From an uncultured Alphaproteobacteria bacterium (GTDB lineage Bacteria > Pseudomonadota > Alphaproteobacteria > MPNO01 > UBA830), in NCBI GenBank assembly GCA_913047365.1, contig CAJWUK010000003.1:1-49950 (forward strand): 49,950 bases of DNA. Reading direction: 5' to 3'. Numbering within the stretch: position 1 is the first letter of the stretch; the number at the start of each line of letters is the position of its first letter. The position numbers were made by a program, and so were the translations under genes. The notes beneath the pieces were generated by a model. It worked only from the letters and a program-made list of their open reading frames with translations, made no database searches and was not told the origin of the DNA. Below are positions 48,564 through 49,950 of this stretch, in pieces.

Positions 48564-49448
48564 CTATTCGGCTGCGTTTCGCAGTGCTTCCCGCCGCGTG
48601 ATGTAATACCCCGCAAGGAAGATGATCACAGCGCCGGTCCACGTCCAAGCATCGATGAATTCTGCGAACAGAAGATAGCCGAACAAAGCGCCCAGAGGCA
48701 GACGCAAGAAATCAAACGGCATCACGGCACTGGCATCCGAGGATTCGAACGCGCGCGCCTGGCAGAAATGGGCGGACCAGCCCGAAAGCGCCATGATCAA
48801 CAACGGCAGAATATCTTCCACTGACGGTGTCACCCATACCCAGAACAGCGGTATGGCGGTAAGCGGCACCATCAGCACATTCATCCAGAAGACGGTGACC
48901 GCGGCGGGATCCGTCCGCGTGAGAATTTTCACGCTCGACCAAGCTCCGGCGTAGAGCGCTGATGACAAAACCACCAGCAGCACGGGTCCGCTGACCTCTA
49001 CAAAGCCGGGTCGGATTATCACCATGGCACCGGCAAACCCGACCAGGGTCGCGGACCAGCGGTGAATACCTACCCGTTCGCCCAGCGCCGTGCCGGCGGC
49101 AATCGTGGTGAACAGGGGTATCAGAAAGGTCAGCGCGATCGCCTGCGCAACCGCGAGTTCAGCAAGCGAATAATACAGCGTCGCCATCGCAAACAGCGCA
49201 AACAGGGTTCTCACGATATGCATCGGCATCCGTTCCGTCCGTAGCGCTTTCAGCCCGGATTTAGTCACCAGCGGAATAACGATGAATACTCCGATGAGCG
49301 CCCGGAAAAAGACGATCTCGAAGGCATCGAACTTGCCGTCCATATGTCGGACGCTGGTCATCATGACCGCGAAACTGACCGCCGCCAGAACGGCCCAAAA
49401 GGCACTTACTACGAAACGATGTCGCCCGGCATGGGCCGTGTCGCTCAT
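48564..49448 (-). CDS. DMT/EamA family transporter
   Basis: About 10 TM helices; EIVFFR, LGERVG..RW, IIRPG and ASAVMPFDF. Confidence 0.92.
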   Translation of the reverse strand: MSDTAHAGRHRFVVSAFWAVLAAVSFAVMMTSVRHMDGKFDAFEIVFFRALIGVFIVIPLVTKSGLKALRTERMPMHIVRTLFALFAMATLYYSLAELAVAQAIALTFLIPLFTTIAAGTALGERVGIHRWSATLVGFAGAMVIIRPGFVEVSGPVLLVVLSSALYAGAWSSVKILTRTDPAAVTVFWMNVLMVPLTAIPLFWVWVTPSVEDILPLLIMALSGWSAHFCQARAFESSDASAVMPFDFLRLPLGALFGYLLFAEFIDAWTWTGAVIIFLAGYYITRREALRNAAE

Positions 49449-49950
49449 CCCTTTCGGGCGTTCAGAAGCCTCAGGCGCAGCGCGTTCAGCTTGATAAAGC
49501 CTTCGGCGTCTCGCTGGTCGTAGACCGTATCGGCCTCGAACGTGACATGCTGTTCCGAATACAGGCTGACCGGCGATTTCCGCCCGACAACGGTTACCGA
49601 CCCTTTGAACAGCTTCAGTCGAACGGTGCCGGAAACATGTTTCTGGCTTTCATCCACCGCCACCTGGATCATCTCCCGCTCGGGCGCGAACCAGAACCCA
49701 TTATAGACCAGCTCCGCATAGCGCGGCATCAACTCGTCTTTCAGATGCGCTGCACCACGGTCGAGCGTGAGGGATTCGATCCCGCGATGGGCGGCAATCA
49801 GGATCGTTCCGCCGGGGGTTTCATAGACGCCCCGGGATTTCATCCCGACATAACGGTTTTCTACGATATCGATACGCCCAATTCCGTTGGCGCCGCCGAG
49901 CTCGTTCAGCTTGGTCAGCAGGGTCGCCGGCGACATCTTTTCGCCGTCTA
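49445..49950 (-). CDS. argG: Argininosuccinate synthase, C-terminal part (runs off the window)
   Basis: [33 protein letters not shown] and DAEGFIKL. Confidence 0.96.
   Translation of the reverse strand, partial: DGEKMSPATLLTKLNELGGANGIGRIDIVENRYVGMKSRGVYETPGGTILIAAHRGIESLTLDRGAAHLKDELMPRYAELVYNGFWFAPEREMIQVAVDESQKHVSGTVRLKLFKGSVTVVGRKSPVSLYSEQHVTFEADTVYDQRDAEGFIKLNALRLRLLNARKG

Noticed and set aside
1-49950. CRISPR array, prophage or IS element
   Set aside because: No regularly spaced repeats, phage genes or transposases were seen.

Overview
A GC-rich (roughly 60% by eye) chromosomal segment, most likely from an alphaproteobacterium (Rhodospirillales-like, judged from gene content and order). 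It holds about 46 intact CDS and one tRNA-Ala(CGC). No prophage, IS element, integrase or CRISPR array was seen. Housekeeping genes (rpmB, degP/Q, gluQ, rhlE, etfBA-hbd, upp, yggT, folD, argG) are interleaved with catabolic genes: an AbmA-type monooxygenase/reductase with a PaaK-type ligase, two tandem luciferase-like monooxygenases, a URC1-URC4-upp uracil catabolism cluster, tcuAB with a PrpF-family isomerase, and VOC, NIPSNAP and SDR proteins. The strongest candidate for an undescribed system is a translationally coupled four-gene lipid operon: CDP-alcohol phosphotransferase, HpnN-type MMPL transporter, second CDP-alcohol phosphotransferase, HpnA. Both transferases lack the last Asp of the family motif and share a C-terminal FE(I/V)ED motif. 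Other notable features are an unassigned protein with ferritin-like diiron motifs, a probable CTG start codon coupled to its stop, and several eroded gene remnants, two of which keep both ends and have lost the middle. All calls come from reading motifs by eye; no database searches were run.
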